Below are positions 1-7,972 of a stretch of 31,864 bases of DNA, one piece after another. The first letter of the stretch is position 1. Every line of letters starts with the position of its first letter. The DNA comes from Alphaproteobacteria bacterium. GTDB taxonomy: Bacteria; Pseudomonadota; Alphaproteobacteria; ATCC43930; CGMCC-115725. A program made the translations under genes and the position numbers. The stretch covers positions 1 through 31,864 of the forward strand of contig VAZT01000125.1 in the NCBI GenBank assembly GCA_005884825.1, written 5' to 3'. The notes under the pieces were generated by a model that saw nothing but the letters and a program-made list of their open reading frames with translations, did no database searches and was not told the origin of the DNA.

Positions 1-1
1 A

Positions 2-691
2 AAAAGTCAGAAACGGCTCGACCGCGGAATGCGACAATGTCACGGCATAGCGGCCCGCGATTCCGCGCTCCTCTGCGGCCTGCGCCGCCGCGGCTCTGGC
101 AAATCCGGGGAGTCCGTCGAGGTCCGTCTCGTCCAGGACGAGCTGCCAATCCTGCTCGTCGTGCAGCACGTTCTGGCCGAAAAGGGTGTGCAAGCTCGCC
201 AAGCGCTCGGAAATCGCCGCCATGCGCTCTTTCTGCGCGGGGTTCAAGAGGGCCCCGCTGCGCACGAAACGGAGGTAATAGCGCTCGACGAGGCGCAACT
301 GGTCGGGATCCAGCCCAAGGCTCGCGCGCCGAGCGTGGAGGTCGGCAATGCGCGCGAACAAGGCAGGGTCGAGGGCAATGCGGATCTCGTGCTGCGCAAG
401 GCGCGGCGCGTAATCCCGAGCGATCGCCTCGATTGCGTCGTTGGTATTGCTCGCATCGAGGTTGAAGAACACTCGACTGACCCGCTCAAGCAAACGGCCG
501 CTGCGCTCCAATGCCTCCATCGTATTGGCAAAATTCGGCGCCGCGGCAGACGCCGCGATCGCGGCGATTTCGGCGATCTGCTTCTGCATGCCGCGATCGA
601 AGGCCGGCGGGAAGTGCTCCGGCCGAATGCGATCGAACGGCGGAATGCCAAACGGCGTGGTCCAGCTTTCGAAGAACGGGTTTTCGGGCAT
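2..691 (-). CDS. dcp: M3 family metallopeptidase, peptidyl-dipeptidase Dcp (N-terminal 230 aa; runs off the left edge)
   Basis: Not in the ORF track because it has no stop inside the window. Manual minus-strand translation from ATG 691, preceded by GGAG, gives MPENPFFESWTTPFGIPPFDRIRPEHFPPAFDRGM...LERVSRVFFNL...LFGQNVLHDE, the typical Dcp/oligopeptidase A N-terminus. The HExxH motif lies beyond the window. Confidence 0.9.
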   Translation of the reverse strand, partial: MPENPFFESWTTPFGIPPFDRIRPEHFPPAFDRGMQKQIAEIAAIAASAAAPNFANTMEALERSGRLLERVSRVFFNLDASNTNDAIEAIARDYAPRLAQHEIRIALDPALFARIADLHARRASLGLDPDQLRLVERYYLRFVRSGALLNPAQKERMAAISERLASLHTLFGQNVLHDEQDWQLVLDETDLDGLPGFARAAAAQAAEERGIAGRYAVTLSHSAVEPFLTF

Positions 692-788
692 TCCACTCTC
701 CGGGGCAATTCCGCTTGCCGTCATGTTAGGCGCGCAGTTGCGTTGGTCCAGAGAGGAACGGCTAAAAACACGGCCGAGATAAGCCTGT

Positions 789-1046
789 TCAGATCAAAGA
801 TGTGCGCGCACTCTCTCCGGTACCGGCGTCTTTCGCCAGCACCGACGAGAATTCATCGAGCGTGCTGCAGGCCACCATCGGGCCGGCGAAGCTCCGAACG
901 CGAGATCTGATCTCGACTTTGCGAGCGTAATGGGCGTCTTCGATGCGGCGATAGGAGTATCCGCGGCTCAATCCCCTCTCGGGCGTCCACGAATCGAACG
1001 CAAAGCCTCCATCCCTCGTCACAATGGGTCCAACAACGACATGCAT
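789..1046 (-). CDS. 85-aa protein of unknown function, paralogous to the N-terminal domain of the FHA protein at 15835-16461
   Basis: The ORF track starts at 1184, but ATG 1046 (MHVVVGPIV) has a strong GGAGGAGG RBS and aligns from residue 1 with the paralog: 32/73 identities, no gaps. Confidence 0.8.
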   Translation of the reverse strand: MHVVVGPIVTRDGGFAFDSWTPERGLSRGYSYRRIEDAHYARKVEIRSRVRSFAGPMVACSTLDEFSSVLAKDAGTGESARTSLI

Positions 1047-1071
1047 CGCGGCCTCCTCCGCAACCGCCGGA

Positions 1072-1287
1072 TCAGCTCCGAGCATCAGGGGATGGCGACG
1101 AAGCAGATTGCACTCCGGCGCCTGTCGGACTGTCCGCGCTGACTGCAGCCGGCGGCCGCGGAAGCGGCGGCAGACATTTGGCAATCAGAACGGTCAGGTC
1201 GAGCATGCCCAGGCCGATCGCTATCGCGAGCAGCCAGGCGTTCAACTGGCCGGCGATCCGATCGAGGCGGACCAGGTGATGCTTCAT
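1072..1287 (-). CDS. 71-aa small membrane protein (one hydrophobic segment, Pro/Ser/Ala-rich tail)
   Basis: ATG with GAGG upstream; hydrophobic run WLLAIAIGLGMLDLTVLIA; stop lies 25 nt before the next gene's start. Confidence 0.65.
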   Translation of the reverse strand: MKHHLVRLDRIAGQLNAWLLAIAIGLGMLDLTVLIAKCLPPLPRPPAAVSADSPTGAGVQSASSPSPDARS

Positions 1288-1351
1288 CCCGCAACCTCGT
1301 GCTCATTCCTCGGCTACGGACAACATAAACCCGCCATGCTGCGACGCAACA

Positions 1352-1386
1352 TTAAAACTGGTAAAGGTTTGTTAAATTATGATTAA
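1352..1386 (-). promoter_or_regulatory. CtrA-type binding-site array TTAA-N7-TTAA-N7-TTAC-N5-TTAA
   Basis: Minus strand reads TTAAtcataatTTAAcaaacctTTACcagttTTAA. Positions 1371-1386 match the established CtrA consensus TTAA-N7-TTAAC exactly, in an AT-rich patch 64 nt upstream of ATG 1287. Confidence 0.7.
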
Positions 1387-1441
1387 AATATGTTTGCGCC
1401 GCAGGTGGTGGAGGTGTGCGTAGGAACGCAGCCGAGGTCGA

Positions 1442-2164
1442 TTACGAGCCGCCATAGACCGGGATCACGGCTCCCCGCGTTACGCGATTGTCGGGCGAGG
1501 CGAGGAAGGTGATGACTTCCGCCAGATCGGCCGGCGATACCCAACGCGAATGCTCAGCCTCCGGCATCGCCGCCCGGTTGGCGGGAGTGTCGATGATCGA
1601 GGGGGCGACTGCGTTGACCCAGATTTGCTCGTCGGTCAGTTCTTGCGCCAGCGCCTGGGTGAGCGCTGCCACTGCGGATTTGGAGGCGGTATAGGCGGTC
1701 ATCCCCGCCCCGAGCCGCGGCTCTAAGGCTGGCCGGGCCGAAACGTTGACAATCCGACCGCCCGGCGCGCCGCCACCCGATGCCTTGCGCGCGCGAAAGG
1801 CAGCAACGGCGGCAGCCGAGCATAGAAAGCAGGACAATGCGTTCATGTGGAATTGCGCGGTGAAGTCGGCCGCAGAAGTTTGCGCGATCGGGGCCATCGC
1901 GAACCCTCCGGCGAGGTGAATAGAGGCCCAGAGCGGCGGAAGAGCGTTGTAAAACCGCTTGACCGCAGCCTCGTCCGCGACATCGACGTCTCGGACGATG
2001 TGCACCCCCGCATCCGCCGCAAACGGAAAACCGTCGAGTTCGGCCGGTATCAGATTGGGGACGTGACAGACCGCGTTTGCGGCGCGCAATGCGCCGACTA
2101 CCGCGCGGCCAAGGGCGCCCGTCCCACCGGTTACGACCACGTGCCTGCCTGCGAATTCAACCAT
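1442..2164 (-). CDS. Short-chain dehydrogenase/reductase (SDR), NAD(P)-dependent
   Basis: Rossmann motif VTGGTGALG, catalytic YTASK, VNAVAPSIIDT; GAGGAG RBS. Confidence 0.93.
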   Translation of the reverse strand: MVEFAGRHVVVTGGTGALGRAVVGALRAANAVCHVPNLIPAELDGFPFAADAGVHIVRDVDVADEAAVKRFYNALPPLWASIHLAGGFAMAPIAQTSAADFTAQFHMNALSCFLCSAAAVAAFRARKASGGGAPGGRIVNVSARPALEPRLGAGMTAYTASKSAVAALTQALAQELTDEQIWVNAVAPSIIDTPANRAAMPEAEHSRWVSPADLAEVITFLASPDNRVTRGAVIPVYGGS

Positions 2165-2188
2165 AGCGACTCCTCAGATCCAGCGTTC

Positions 2189-2206
2189 AGGCCGGTGCCC
2201 ATCGCA
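2189..2206. repeat. 18-bp element AGGCCGGTGCCCATCGCA, inverted copy of 4931-4948, part of an imperfect hairpin (2191-2221)
   Basis: Exact reverse complement of 4931-4948; both copies are intergenic. Confidence 0.7.
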
Positions 2207-2433
2207 GAAATAGGTGCCGGCATTCCCCACGGAACAAGTCAGTGGGCTGAACGCCCACGGGAAGGCGAAGGAGGGGACCCGGCATTGAATTGAATGCGTC
2301 CGAGCACTGGGGAGACGCCGCAACGCCCGCTTCATCGCCGGCTCGTTTCCGTTCCCGACTGATCCGTCAGGTAGCTCGGCGCTGCCCTCCGCATCATCCG
2401 CTGGGCACCGCCCCTCGGCGGGTCCGCGGCAGA

Positions 2434-2970
2434 TTATTTCGGCGACATGACCATCGTCATCTGCCGGCCTTCCATCCGCGGCATCTGTTCGACCTTGGCG
2501 ATTTCGTCGAGATCGTCCCTGACCCGCATCAGGACGTCCATGCCCAGTTCCTGATGCGCCAGCTCGCGCCCGCGGAACCGCATGGTCACCTTGACCTTGT
2601 CGCCCTCTTCGATGAACTTGGTCATGCTGCGCCGCTTGACCTCGTAATCGTGGTCGTCGATGCTCGGGCGCAGCTTGATTTCCTTGACTTCGATGATCTT
2701 CTGCTTCTTGCGCGCTTCGTTCTTTTTCTTTTGTTCTTCGTATTTATACTTACCGAAGTCGAGTATTTTGCAGACCGGGGGGTCCGCGTTGGGCGCGATT
2801 TCGACGAGATCGAGGCCGGCTTGGACGGCCATGGTGAGCGCTTCATTGCGCCCGACGACACCCACCATCTGGCCCTTCTCGTCGACGAGGCGGACGCGAA
2901 TGCCACCGATCTCGTCGTTGATCCGGGGTCCCTCACGGGTGGGAGTGAAATTCATTGGTGGTCTGGGTAT
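2434..2970 (-). CDS. infC: Translation initiation factor IF-3 with probable non-canonical AUA start
   Basis: GPRINDEI...[23 protein letters not shown]...VKEIKLRP...[20 protein letters not shown] sits 7 nt before the ATA at 2970 but only 1 nt before the TTG at 2976 used by the ORF track. Confidence 0.97.
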   Translation of the reverse strand: MPRPPMNFTPTREGPRINDEIGGIRVRLVDEKGQMVGVVGRNEALTMAVQAGLDLVEIAPNADPPVCKILDFGKYKYEEQKKKNEARKKQKIIEVKEIKLRPSIDDHDYEVKRRSMTKFIEEGDKVKVTMRFRGRELAHQELGMDVLMRVRDDLDEIAKVEQMPRMEGRQMTMVMSPK

Positions 2971-3024
2971 GTACAATCTCCTCTACGCGATTGACGGGGT
3001 TCGTCGGCAACGGCGACGCGACCG

Positions 3025-4879
3025 TCAGGACGACCACGCCACCGCCGCTTCCTCTTTCAATCTAGCGACGGCTTCGCCGAGCGCAAGGGCTTCCTGCTCC
3101 TTGCCGCCGAGCCGGCGCAGCGCAACCGATCGGTTTGCCGCCTCGCGCCGCCCGACGACCAACATGATCGGGACCTTGGCGAGGCTGTGCTCGCGAACCT
3201 TGTAGGTGATCTTCTCGTTGCTGGCGTCGAGCTCCACCCTCAATCCGGCCGCGCCACATTCCCGGGCAACCTCTGCGGCATAGTCCGCCGCCTCCGAAGT
3301 TATCGACGCGACGACAACCTGCACCGGGGCCAGCCACAGCGGGAAGCGGCCCGCGTAGTGCTCGGTCAGAATGGCGATAAAGCGCTCCATCGAGCCGAGG
3401 ATCGCCCGGTGCAGCATGACCGGCGTATGGCGCGCGCCATCCTCGCCGACATACACGGCTCCGAGCCGGCCCGGCATGTTGAAATCGAGCTGAACCGTGC
3501 CGCATTGCCATTGCCGGCCGAGCGCGTCACGGAGGTGAAATTCGAGCTTCGGCCCGTAGAAAGCGCCTTCGCCGGGGTTGAGCGTATAAGTGAGGCCGGC
3601 CGTCTCGACCGCGGCTTTCAAATCGTGCTCGGCCCGGTCCCAGACCGCGTCGCTACCCACCCGCACCGTCGGCCGGTCGGCAAATTTGATCTCGACGTCC
3701 TCAAAGCCGAAGTCCCGGTAGATCGACAACAGCAACTTGCAGCAGGCGATCGCTTCGCCGGTGACCTGGTCTTCGGTGCAGAAGATATGCGCGTCGTCCT
3801 GAATGAAGCCGCGCACCCGCATCAGCCCATGCAGCGCGCCCGACGGCTCGTTCCGGTGGCAGCTGCCGAATTCGGCCAATCGCAGCGGCAATTCGCGGTA
3901 GCTTCTGAGCCGGTTGCTGAAGATCAGCACATGGCCCGGGCAGTTCATCGGCTTGACCGCGAGCACCCGCTCGTCGCGGCTTTCGGCAATGAACATGTTC
4001 TCCCGGAAATTCTCCCAATGGCCGGACGCTTCCCACAGGCTGCGATCGAGGAGCAACGGCCCGCGCACCTCCTGATAGCCGGCCGCGTCGAGCCGGCCGC
4101 GCATGTAAGCTTCGATCGTCCGGTAGAGAGTCCAGCCCTTCGGATGCCAGAAGACGCTGCCGACCGCCTCCTCACCCAGATGGAAGAGGTCGAGTTCGCG
4201 GCCGAGCCGGCGATGGTCGCGGCGTTCGGCTTCCTCGAGCTGAAAGAGGTATTGATCGAGCTCCTTCTGGCTCCCAAAAGCGGTGCCGTAGATGCGCTGC
4301 AGCTGGGGGTTTTTCGGGTCGCCGCGCCAATACGCGCCGGCGACGTTCATCAGCTTGAATGCTTCGCCGAGATAGCCCGTCGAGGGCAGGTGCGGTCCGA
4401 CGCAGAGATCGACAAAATCGCCTTGCCGGTAGAGACTGATCTCCTCACCCTCCGGTATTTCGCCGATATATTCGGCCTTGTACCTCTCGCCGATGCCGTC
4501 GAAGAAGGTGATCGCGGCGTCGCGATCCCAGACCTCGCGCGTGATTTTCTCGTCGCGCCGCACGATCTCACGCATGCGCGCTTCGATCTTCCTCCGCCAT
4601 GACATGGGCGGCATCGTGGCGCAAAATCTCAAGCCCCTCGGGCATTTCCCGACTGATGATCGCAACGGGCGCGTCGTGGTCGACCACGGTCGCGAGATCG
4701 CGCGGCCGGCCGTCGATCCGAACGGCAATCGCCGCTTTCGCCAGACCCGGCCCGATCGCGGCGGCAATGTCGGCGCCAGTGACCGGACGGGCGAATTCGA
4801 GGCGTTTGCCGTCGGGCAAGGTTACGCCGAGGGGCGCCTGACCCCGGGCTATCGGGTCACGAAGGATTTTGTCACTCAT
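3025..4879 (-). pseudogene. thrS: Threonyl-tRNA synthetase split into two frames (4568-4879 and 3025-4590) by an internal deletion and frameshift at 4590/4591
   Basis: N part has the TGS domain and [11 protein letters not shown] part has [57 protein letters not shown] and the anticodon-binding domain. The AV.ELYP..QVTIGP...GFYYDF segment expected between them is absent. Could be an assembly artefact. Confidence 0.9.
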
Positions 4880-4930
4880 CGCTGATACTTAGTATTTCGA
4901 GTCTTCGAGGCGAAGGCCGGGCCACATAGG

Positions 4931-4948
4931 TGCGATGGGCACCGGCCT
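4931..4948. repeat. 18-bp element TGCGATGGGCACCGGCCT, inverted copy of 2189-2206, 3' arm of a hairpin at 4914-4948
   Basis: Exact reverse complement of 2189-2206; AGGCCGG at 4914-4920 pairs with CCGGCCT at 4942-4948. Confidence 0.7.
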
Positions 4949-4976
4949 CTGCCGGTGTGACGAGGCCTGCTGCTTT

Positions 4977-6233
4977 CTAAGCCGTTGGCGATGCGCCTGC
5001 CACAACCAATCTCGAGATTTCGTGCCGATCACGCGCCAGCAGCTCTTCATAGACTTCGATCGTGCGGGCGCACATGGCCTCACGCGTGAAATTAGTCGCA
5101 ATATGCGCCCTTGCGCGTCCGCCGAGTTGCTCACGCTCATCTGCCCCGAGCGAGAGAACCTCATTGATCGCCGTGGTGAGAGCGGCGGGATCGCGCGGCG
5201 GCACGAGCCAGCCGGTGACCTCCGGCACGATCGTCTCGCGCGCGCCGCCGTGATTGGTGGCGATGACCGGACGCCCCATCGCCTGCGCCTCGACGATGAC
5301 GCGGCCGAACCCCTCGGGATCGCGCGAGGCGGAGACGACGACATCGGCCAGCATGTAGGCAGCCGGCATATCCCGGCAATCCTCAACGATGCGGAAGATG
5401 CCGGCGAGGCTATTCTCGCAGATTGCGGCTTCGAGCTCGCGGCGAAACCCGCGGCGCTGCTCGGAGCCTGCAAGAACACAACAGATGTCGCGCCGGCCGA
5501 GCTTCGCGACTGCCGCGACGAAATCGAGCCCGCCCTTCCATCGCGTCAGCCGGCCGGGAAGCATCACGACAGGCATGCCGTCGGGCAGGCGCCATTGGTG
5601 CGCGAGGTTGATGATGCGTTGCGCGCCGACCCGGTTCGGATCGAAGACTTCGAGATCGACGCCGCGCGGGATCGTTCGCAACCTGTCGCGGCCGACCCCA
5701 TAGACACTGGCGGCATGGTTGGCGACGAAATCCGAAATCGCGATCACCCGCTCGCCCCGCGCCATGACGGAATTGTATCGCCGCTTCAGCGCGGTGCCCG
5801 CGCCATAGGCATTGTGAAAGGTCGTAACGAAACGGCGCCCGGTGGCACGAGCGGCCGCGCAGGCGCTCCACGCCGGGGCACGGCTGCGGGCATGGACGAT
5901 GTCGACGTCGAGCTGCCGGATCAGGCGCGCCAGCTTCGCAGCGTTGCGTTGCATGACCAGCGGGTTTTTCGAGGCGAGCGGCAGGGTCAGATGCGTGGCA
6001 CCTGCCCGCGCGATTTCGCTTTCTAAGGCCCCCCCCGCCGAAGCGACATAAGAGGTCCACCCTGCGTCCACCAGCGCTCCTGCGAGTTCGACGGTGCCGC
6101 GCTCCGCGCCGCCGGAGACGAGACTGGGAAGGACCTGCAGTACCACCGGCGAACGCCCTGTCGACGCAACGGGCAGAATGGTATCGTCCAATAGATCGCC
6201 AAGGGTGCGACTGGCCGGCCGTTTGGCCGTCAT
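4977..6233 (-). CDS. Glycosyltransferase family 4 (GT-B fold)
   Basis: VLQVLPSLVSGGAERGTVELA, IVHARSRAPAWSA, PEGFGRVIVEAQAMGRPVIATNHGGARETI (E-x7-E motif). Confidence 0.93.
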   Translation of the reverse strand: MTAKRPASRTLGDLLDDTILPVASTGRSPVVLQVLPSLVSGGAERGTVELAGALVDAGWTSYVASAGGALESEIARAGATHLTLPLASKNPLVMQRNAAKLARLIRQLDVDIVHARSRAPAWSACAAARATGRRFVTTFHNAYGAGTALKRRYNSVMARGERVIAISDFVANHAASVYGVGRDRLRTIPRGVDLEVFDPNRVGAQRIINLAHQWRLPDGMPVVMLPGRLTRWKGGLDFVAAVAKLGRRDICCVLAGSEQRRGFRRELEAAICENSLAGIFRIVEDCRDMPAAYMLADVVVSASRDPEGFGRVIVEAQAMGRPVIATNHGGARETIVPEVTGWLVPPRDPAALTTAINEVLSLGADEREQLGGRARAHIATNFTREAMCARTIEVYEELLARDRHEISRLVVAGASPTA

Positions 6234-6248
6234 CGCGCCGCGGTACCC

Positions 6249-6479
6249 TCACTCATAGCGCGGCGTGCGCTTCTCTCTGAACGCGGCAATCCCCTCAGCG
6301 AAGTCGGAGCCCGCTCGCCGGCGCCGGTCAAACGATGCAGCGACACTCGTCGCGCTCCAGCTCGTCCCCGAGACGCCCGAGTTCGCGCAGCATCTGCCGC
6401 GCATAGCGTTGAGGCGCCGCTGATTGTCGATGGTGACGACCGCGACGTGCCGGCAGTGCCGGGCGAGGCGGATCTCCAT
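6249..6479 (-). pseudogene. Enoyl-CoA hydratase/crotonase remnant with two 1-nt deletions and most of the core deleted
   Basis: Frames join as VAVVTIDNQRRLNAM / RQMLRELGRL.DELERDECRCIV / TGAGER, then jump directly to the typical C-terminus SDFAEGIAAFREKRTPRYE. Confidence 0.75.
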
Positions 6480-6585
6480 GAATCTGGCTCCAGCTCGATA
6501 ACAAGCTCACCGTACACGAGACCCGCGGACCAAGGGATAGCAATCGACTATTCGCGACCGGTTTGCGGTACCATCGGCGCGAGCA

Positions 6586-6765
6586 GTGCGGCTCGAAGAG
6601 GCCGAGAGGCAGAGCCTTGAGCCGCAGCAGGTGCGAATCCGCGTGCGCGCCGCCGGCGTGAACTTCGCCGATAGCCTGATGGTGGGCGGCACCTATCAGG
6701 TGAAGCCGCCTTTCCCTTTTACCCCGGGGCTCGAAGCCGCCGGCGAGATCATCCTCGAAACGTGA
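6586..6765 (+). pseudogene. N-terminal fragment of an MDR-family NADPH:quinone oxidoreductase
   Basis: Manual translation VRLEEAERQSLEPQQVRIRVRAAGVNFADSLMVGGTYQVKPPFPFTPGLEAAGEIILET-stop; start region degraded; the rest of the ~330-aa enzyme is missing. Confidence 0.8.
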
Positions 6766-6767
6766 GC

Positions 6768-6908
6768 CGTCGTGCGCTGCTGCGCGATATCGCAGCGTGC
6801 GAAATCGTGCGATCTTCGGATGTGACGGCACCGGAGAGCGCGGCGGTGCTGGGCGGAGAGATGGAGCGGCGCTTCGCGGTGCCGCTGGCCGCCATTGCCG
6901 CGCAATAG
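6768..6908 (+). pseudogene. Probable C-terminal remnant of an unidentified gene
   Basis: Open frame RRALLRDIAACEIVRSSDVTAPESAAVLGGEMERRFAVPLAAIAAQ-stop with GC-rich codons, ending 19 nt before the AKR start as an operon gene would; no start or RBS. Family not recognised. Confidence 0.35.
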
Positions 6909-6927
6909 AAACAGGCGGGGGCAACCC

Positions 6928-7923
6928 ATGGAATATCGGCAATTCGGCAAGACCGACCTCAAGGTCTCGGCGATCGGGTTTGGTTGCTGGGAAATCGGCG
7001 GCACTTACGGCCGGATCGACGAGCTTCAGTTTCGGCGCGCGGTCCAGCAAGCGATCGAGGGCGGCATCACCTGCTTCGACACCGCGGAAGCTTACGGCGT
7101 GGGGGTCTCCGAGCAAGCCTTGGCGCGGGCGCTCGACGGCCGTCGTCAGGATGTCTGTATCGTCACCAAGTTCGGAGTGGGGTACGAGGAAAAACCGACC
7201 CGTCGCGACAGCAGCCGCGCCCGTGTCATGGCGTCGATCGAGAAGAGCCTGCAAAGGCTACAGACGGACTATATCGACGTCTATCTCGTTCATTGGCCGG
7301 ACCCCGACACGCCGCTCGACGAGACGATGCGCGCTCTCGACGACATCGTGCAGCACGGCAAAGCGCGCTATATTGGCGTGTCGAACTTCCGGCTGGCGCA
7401 GATCGAGAGCTGCATGCGGGTGCGGCGCATCGATGTCGTCCAATATGGCTGGAACATGTTCGACCGGCGCATGCAAGCCGAGATCTTCCCGTATTGCGCG
7501 GCCCAGCAGATCGGCGTCATGGCTTATGGATCGCTCGCCTACGGGCTCCTGAGCGGCACCTTTGCCGCCGGCATGCAGTTCGAGGAGAGCGACTGGCGCT
7601 CGCGCGGCGGCATGCTCGGCAATCTCAACCTGTTCCGAACTTTGTTCGGGCCCGAGCATTTTCCCCGCAACCTCGCAGCCGTCGAGGATCTCAAGCGCCT
7701 CGCGGCGAAATACGGCAAGACTCTGCCGCAGTTCGCGCTGCGCTGGACCTTGAGCAGTCCGGTTGTAGGCACGGCGCTCGTCGGCTTTCGCGAACCGGCC
7801 GAGGTGACAGAGAACCTGCGAGCGCTCGGCTGGACCATCTCCGATGTCGATATGGCGGAGATTGACGCTATTCTCGCCCGGCATGGCTGCGTTACCGTGC
7901 CGCCGGGCTGGCTTGAAGATTAG
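6928..7923 (+). CDS. Aldo/keto reductase
   Basis: MEYRQFGKTDLKVSAIGFGCW, FDTAEAYG, IVTKFG, IDVYLVHWPD, YIGVSNF (Asp/Tyr/Lys/His tetrad present). Start moved to ATG 6928. Confidence 0.95.
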   Translation: MEYRQFGKTDLKVSAIGFGCWEIGGTYGRIDELQFRRAVQQAIEGGITCFDTAEAYGVGVSEQALARALDGRRQDVCIVTKFGVGYEEKPTRRDSSRARVMASIEKSLQRLQTDYIDVYLVHWPDPDTPLDETMRALDDIVQHGKARYIGVSNFRLAQIESCMRVRRIDVVQYGWNMFDRRMQAEIFPYCAAQQIGVMAYGSLAYGLLSGTFAAGMQFEESDWRSRGGMLGNLNLFRTLFGPEHFPRNLAAVEDLKRLAAKYGKTLPQFALRWTLSSPVVGTALVGFREPAEVTENLRALGWTISDVDMAEIDAILARHGCVTVPPGWLED

Positions 7924-7931
7924 CCGAAACA

Positions 7932-7949
7932 GGTGCGGCGCGCCGCACC
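7932..7949. other. Perfect 18-bp palindrome GGTGCGGCGCGCCGCACC in the AKR-amidohydrolase spacer
   Basis: Self-complementary by inspection; GC-rich stem without a U-tract. Function unknown (mRNA stabilising or processing hairpin, or operator). Confidence 0.5.
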
Positions 7950-7972
7950 GCCACGATGGGAGGAAGCACAAC

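Noticed and set aside
29-910. 293-aa plus-strand ORF, and similar long ORFs such as 2290-2994, 3187-4602, 4935-6026, 10810-11925, 18320-19321, 21038-21943 and 29356-30507
   Set aside because: Antisense or alternate-frame shadows of recognisable genes in high-GC DNA; no motifs or RBS.
4575-4600. Programmed ribosomal frameshift in thrS (also considered for the MFS at 14314)
   Set aside because: No slippery heptamer or known +1 signal, and a shift would not restore the missing ~37 codons of thrS.
4880-4950. tRNA-mimic autoregulatory operator in the thrS leader; mini-palindrome ATACTTAGTAT at 4885-4895
   Set aside because: A hairpin and a TGT triplet are present, but there are no paired anticodon-like stem-loops as in E. 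coli; the hairpin is better explained as the dispersed repeat.
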